Source: Basidiobolus meristosporus CBS 931.73 (taxonomy: Eukaryota > Fungi > Basidiobolomycota). From it: a stretch of 64,000 nucleotides of DNA. The notes beneath the pieces are model-generated. The model ran no database searches. It had not been told where the DNA came from and saw only the letters and a list, made by a program, of their open reading frames with translations. The translations under genes and the position numbers were made by a program. The stretch is taken from the NCBI GenBank assembly GCA_002104905.1, contig MCFE01000029.1, positions 124,001 to 188,000 on the forward strand, given 5' to 3'. Below, piece after piece: positions 59,765 through 64,000 of the stretch (position 1 is its first letter; the number at the start of each line of letters is the position of its first letter).

Positions 59765-60689
59765 ACTCCCCCCCATGTACCATTTATTTAATCGCAATAA
59801 AAATAATAGGTTCATCGAATCTCATTTGCCAGCACCATTTATTGAGCGTTCAGTACGGGTACGTGGAGGAAGTGAGAATTAGGGCTGTCAACAAGTGAAT
59901 CATCGAAGCACGGTGTAGATCAAGCTCGTTGGAATTGAGCGCCAATACGCATGAGGTTGGTTCGTTCGACATGATAGCACTGGCGGGGACGTAGTATCAA
60001 CGCCAATCGCACTGGCTATATGGGTTGACGACCTCAATTCCGAGTTCGGATGGATAGTTGGGAGCGCAATGATCATGGTGGTTTCGATAATCAATGACGG
60101 TGAAGGTGCTATAGTAGCGCCAGTCTGCTGGGTAGCAGTGGTGGTTTGACTCTGGAAACTCCCAGAAGTACTGGTGGTGACCAGATAAACTACCTGATTG
60201 GACTGGAATTTGGGGGTTTACCATACTGATCCGGGAGAGAGGCGATATAGTCTGGTAGAGCCACGAACAGCATAGAGTCCGACACATACAAAGAGATGGA
60301 ACATCTATATAGTCTCAGTAGAGCGATCGAAGGGTCAGTGTCTTCCTTCTATTCAATTGGAATTAATCATTTAGGCTATTAGGCACATCACCTATGTCTC
60401 CTTGAAATGCGCACACAGCATGATCTACCAATTAAAGGACTCTGAAGTTGGATAGATGACGCTCGTGTGGTACGTAGCGCATATCACTAATGTCCCAGGT
60501 TTTCTGCCAAGATCCCAAATTTGTCTTGTGCAAGTTGAAGAAAACATGCATATCCATCAAACCCGCAACGTAGAGTTTCATAGTTGTTCCCTAGAATGAT
60601 GGAGTAAACCGCCGAATCCAACTGATATGTATTAATAGTAGAATATCATCCTTTATCTAACCCTCGTGACAATAGTTCGTGAACTATCT

Positions 60690-61730
60690 TGTTTTGATGA
60701 AAATATTAAAAATAAATCCAGACTAAGAACTTGGCCAGGAAATAATGAAGCTCATAAGCTAGGATTGAAGTGTCTAAATGAGTCTAAATATCTGGGTGAA
60801 AACACAAAATTAACAATATTTTAGCCCTGAAAAGTGTGTAAATTTTTTGAACCCAATATACCAGTAGGATTATCATACAAATCTTCTAGTTCTCCAAATC
60901 ACTTCTAATGCTCCCTAGGTCTAGTAGTAGGAAGGTATTTGGAGTGAGTGAGTTTAGTTGCGGCTTGCTACAAAATGTTACCTTATGAAAAAATACTAAA
61001 GGCCAGCAGAAATCCAATTTTCCTTGAAGTTACCCAAAACCTTGCATGATCAAGCCCTAACAGATATTTGTGTAAGTTTTGGAGTTACACCTAAATATTC
61101 CATTAACACAATCACTTGGATCATAGTCTACAAATCCTAAAATACCTTGCCCAAATTCCTTCTCGGAATTTACTTAGAATATTTCACCAAAATATCATGT
61201 ACCCAGAACACAAAATATCTCAAAGCTGTCCAAAGGCCCCCAAACTCTGCGCACATGTTCTTGGGATCTTCCTAAGCATGTTCCATGTGTTTGTTTTGCC
61301 AAGACCATGTAAAAGTACAAATACCACTTTTACATTCAATAAATCATTAAGTGAAAGCCACATACTCTACTTGTTCTTGCAAATACTTCCAATATCTGCA
61401 GAAATCTTACAACAGATATTTGGTGCAAAAATGCATGTAAAATTACAGAAACCTAATATTTGCTATGCTGTGCCTATTGTTATAATTTTTATATTTACAT
61501 TCACTTAGACACCTAAATCCGTGTTTTTGAGCTTGATTATTTCCTACCCAAGCTCGATATCTGGATTTACTCAGCAAAATGAAGTATATCCAGAACATGA
61601 GTATTCTCGAAGTCGTTCAAAGACCCCAAACTTTGCTCACACGCTCTCAGGGCCTTGCTAAACATTTTCTTTGGGTTAGTCTTGCTAAGACGTAAAAGCG
61701 TGAAATGGTAAGAAGCAGATTTTGCATTGC
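60690..61730 (+). mobile_element. Third solo-LTR cluster; near-complete copy 61068-61414 with TSD GATAT
   Basis: Ends CTTACAACA at 61414. GATAT lies at 61063-67 and 61415-19. The internal sequence matches the LTR unit, and degenerate copies lie on both sides. Confidence 0.75.
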
Positions 61731-62656
61731 TTCTCGGAGAAGATTGAATTCATGGTGAAAGGTTATGGAAAAATTTGCTTCGACTCTTGAGTTTACATCG
61801 TTTCTGCTACTACAAAGAATTTTCAAAATATTTTTCAATATGCGATTTAGCAAGGGAAGAACTATCAAGTTCAGCTGTGCAGCATATGCATGGGAATAAA
61901 TGTAAATTTAGGAAGTAAACAAAGTGCTAGATTTCCTTCATACGCTCACTACAATACAGCATTTGAGAGTCAAGTATCAAGAGACGAACCATCAGATAAA
62001 CATCCCATTTCTCGATTCATCTTGTATAGTTTGTTATTATATCTAGAATCTAAGCCAATTATCATCCAAGTTCGAGACTAATATTATAGACTATTGAAGG
62101 CACACAATTCTTCGAGAAGATGGAAGTAAACCCCTGCGTTACTGAAACAGTCTAATGCTCTTCTTTGGGCCCCTTAAGTTCATTAGTCTCTGTGACTTTT
62201 TACCTTTGCCATGTCAAATAACAGTCATACTTGTCCAACCACCAGCCCAAGAATCAATCCTATCAATCGATTAATTTCCTGTGACGAATAGCCAGCTCTT
62301 TAGTAATACTGCCAGTTGGGGGGGGGAGGCATAGATAGATGAGGACAAGTGAGTGAGGTGAAGGGTCAAACTCTCATTTATGCGGCATTTAATTCTAACC
62401 ATAAATGGTTCAGTGATCGATATTCTCCATTAATCGGGATAAAATGAGATTCATCTACAGAGCTGGAATTTAGGTGCACAAAATCTCCATGTAACAAATA
62501 AACCTAACTGACAGTTATAAATCAGCAACATTAATCTTGTGAAGAAGTCAAGGAAGCGCTTAAGTTCATCATGTCAACTTCACCTCAAGCCTCATATTTT
62601 TTCTTTTTGACTTCTGTCACACCATTCAGTTTTTCTTTCTAAACTACTTCATCAGA

Positions 62657-63889
62657 ATGAAGGTCTCTGCATTAAAAGCGCTTCTGGTCATCTCATGCAT
62701 CGCTGTCGTCGGAACTGTGAGTGTCCCGGATCCTAAATTATGCCGTGAATACTGTCAAGGGATTTTCTCAAGACTGAGCACTTATGGTGTATCTGCCCAA
62801 GGAGAATCCTGTGACACTGTTGATGCTTCAAAATTCCCATCCAGTTTGTCCCAACCCGATATGCAAGATGGCCCTACATTGGTTCAGAGTGCAAAGGATC
62901 TTGGATTTCAATGTAATGAAAGCGATTGCCAAACGTAACCTACAGATGGCAGTGACAATAGCGATGCTGACAACAGCTATGATTAAATAGGTGGCGTTGG
63001 CAAGAGTGGTCAATGTGATCATGGTAAAGGCGACACGATTATGACTCAGTAGGTTGTAGGGGGTTAGGGTGGTAAAGGTGGAAAAGGAGACCATGGCAAA
63101 GGCGATAACGACTATGGCTCTGGTATAATAGGCAATGGAAGTCAGGGTGACAAGGACTTTAGTGGCTATGGGTCCAATGGCGGTGGAAAAAGAAGCATTG
63201 ATGATAATGGCTACGACTCGGTAGGCGCCGGAGATGAGAAGGACAAGGGCGACCACGGCAGCGGTGACAGCGGAAGTGGATCCATTGGAGGTGGAGACAA
63301 AGGCGGTAATGGTGGCAATGGGTCTGGTTCCATAGGTGGAGGTGGTAAGGGCAATGGATGCTTGATATCTGTCAATATTGGCGGGAAAGGAAGTAGCTAC
63401 GACGCTGGTGACAACGGTAATGGCTCCGCAGGTGGAGGCAGTAAAGGAAACGGAGATCTGAAATCGGTCAATGCCGGTGGAGGCAGTAAGGGCAGCGGGG
63501 ATCTGATCTCGATCAATGCTGGTGGAAATGGCGGTGGTCACAATAATAGTGATGGCTCCGCAGGTGGGGGCAATAGGGGCAATGGAGATCAGATCTCAGT
63601 CAATGTTGGCGGGAGCGGGGGGAACCACAACAATGAGTACGGCTCCATAGATGGAGGAAGTAAGGGCATTGGAAATCTGGTTTCGGTCAACACTGGGGGT
63701 GGGGAAAGGCGATGGACACAACTCTGGTGTCCATGTCAAAGTATTATAGGAGTTACAACGGAAATTCATGAAGTAGCAATCAACGCTCTTACTCTGGCCA
63801 TGAAGACAGATGCAATCGAAAAGATTGTTGTGGCTTATTTTCTCTGTGTCCATGCAATTCAAGTGTTTAGCAAGAAGAATGATTACTAG
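62657..63889 (+). pseudogene. Secreted Cys-head/Gly-rich protein with four in-frame stops
   Basis: Signal peptide MKVSALKALLVISCIAVVG and a Cys-containing head. The same frame continues as G/D/N/K-rich sequence through TAA 62936, TAA 62984, TAG 63050 and TAG 63065 to the stop at 63889. Confidence 0.7.
63340..63705 (+). repeat. Five imperfect coding repeats GGGSKGxGDLISVNxGG
   Basis: Copies start near 63342, 63432, 63478, 63561 and 63652. Confidence 0.8.
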
Positions 63890-64000
63890 ATTCTACCATA
63901 TGATATATGCTTAGCCTCCCACTTCGTGTAGGATTCATGTATATTTAGAAGTTAATCATATTATTTGAAATTAAGAGCTAGCATTTGCTTCTGCCAGGCA

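Noticed and set aside
58943-59815. 290-aa minus-strand ORF
   Set aside because: Antisense shadow of the codon-biased RPL5 gene.
62828-63541. 237-aa Thr/Ala-rich minus-strand ORF resembling a mucin
   Set aside because: Expected antisense of GGN/GAY/AAY-rich codons. It has no signal peptide, whereas the plus frame does.
39073-63889. Stop-codon reassignment or selenocysteine explaining in-frame stops
   Set aside because: TAA, TAG and TGA all terminate conserved genes in this window, the interrupted loci mostly carry other lesions, and no TGA sits at a redox-Cys position.
1-64000. tRNA, rRNA, CRISPR arrays, intact RT/transposase
   Set aside because: None recognised. The repeats are dispersed LTRs or coding low-complexity tracts, not repeat-spacer arrays.

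Overview
Eukaryotic, gene-dense DNA with short (~50-80 nt) spliceosomal introns. The gene set (animal-type ferritin, GH46 chitosanase, LrgAB fusion, SNAPC5-like protein) suggests an early-diverging fungus (Zoopagomycota/Mucoromycota, possibly Basidiobolus-like); this is an inference. About 25 apparently intact genes are present: DNAJC7-like, C2 protein, DUF1264, G6PD, a 7TM protein, two alpha-arrestins, CWC27, LrgAB, SRR1, SNAPC5-like, NOP16, EEP/TDP2-like, RPP2, 2-Cys peroxiredoxin, Nudix, PX-PB1, a Cys-rich membrane protein, a small conserved fungal protein, chitosanase, a giant hendecad coiled coil, RhoGAP, ferritin, a Sel1/Nif1-like protein and RPL5. Between them lie many gene relics (ABCC transporter tail, 7TM paralog, rhodanese, PX-PB1-PB1, kinase, a second ferritin, a Gly-rich secreted protein). 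Three AT-rich clusters are built from a ~310-350 bp solo-LTR family with TGTTGTAA...TTACAACA ends and 5-bp target-site duplications. The most notable observations are an intact intronless ferritin head-to-head with a decayed intron-containing ferritin paralog, a SNAPC5-like gene with a likely GC-AG intron, a bacterial-type and possibly GPI-anchored GH46 chitosanase, and nested solo LTRs. No tRNA, rRNA, CRISPR array or intact transposase/RT was recognised. All identifications come from manual translation and remembered family motifs, not from database searches.
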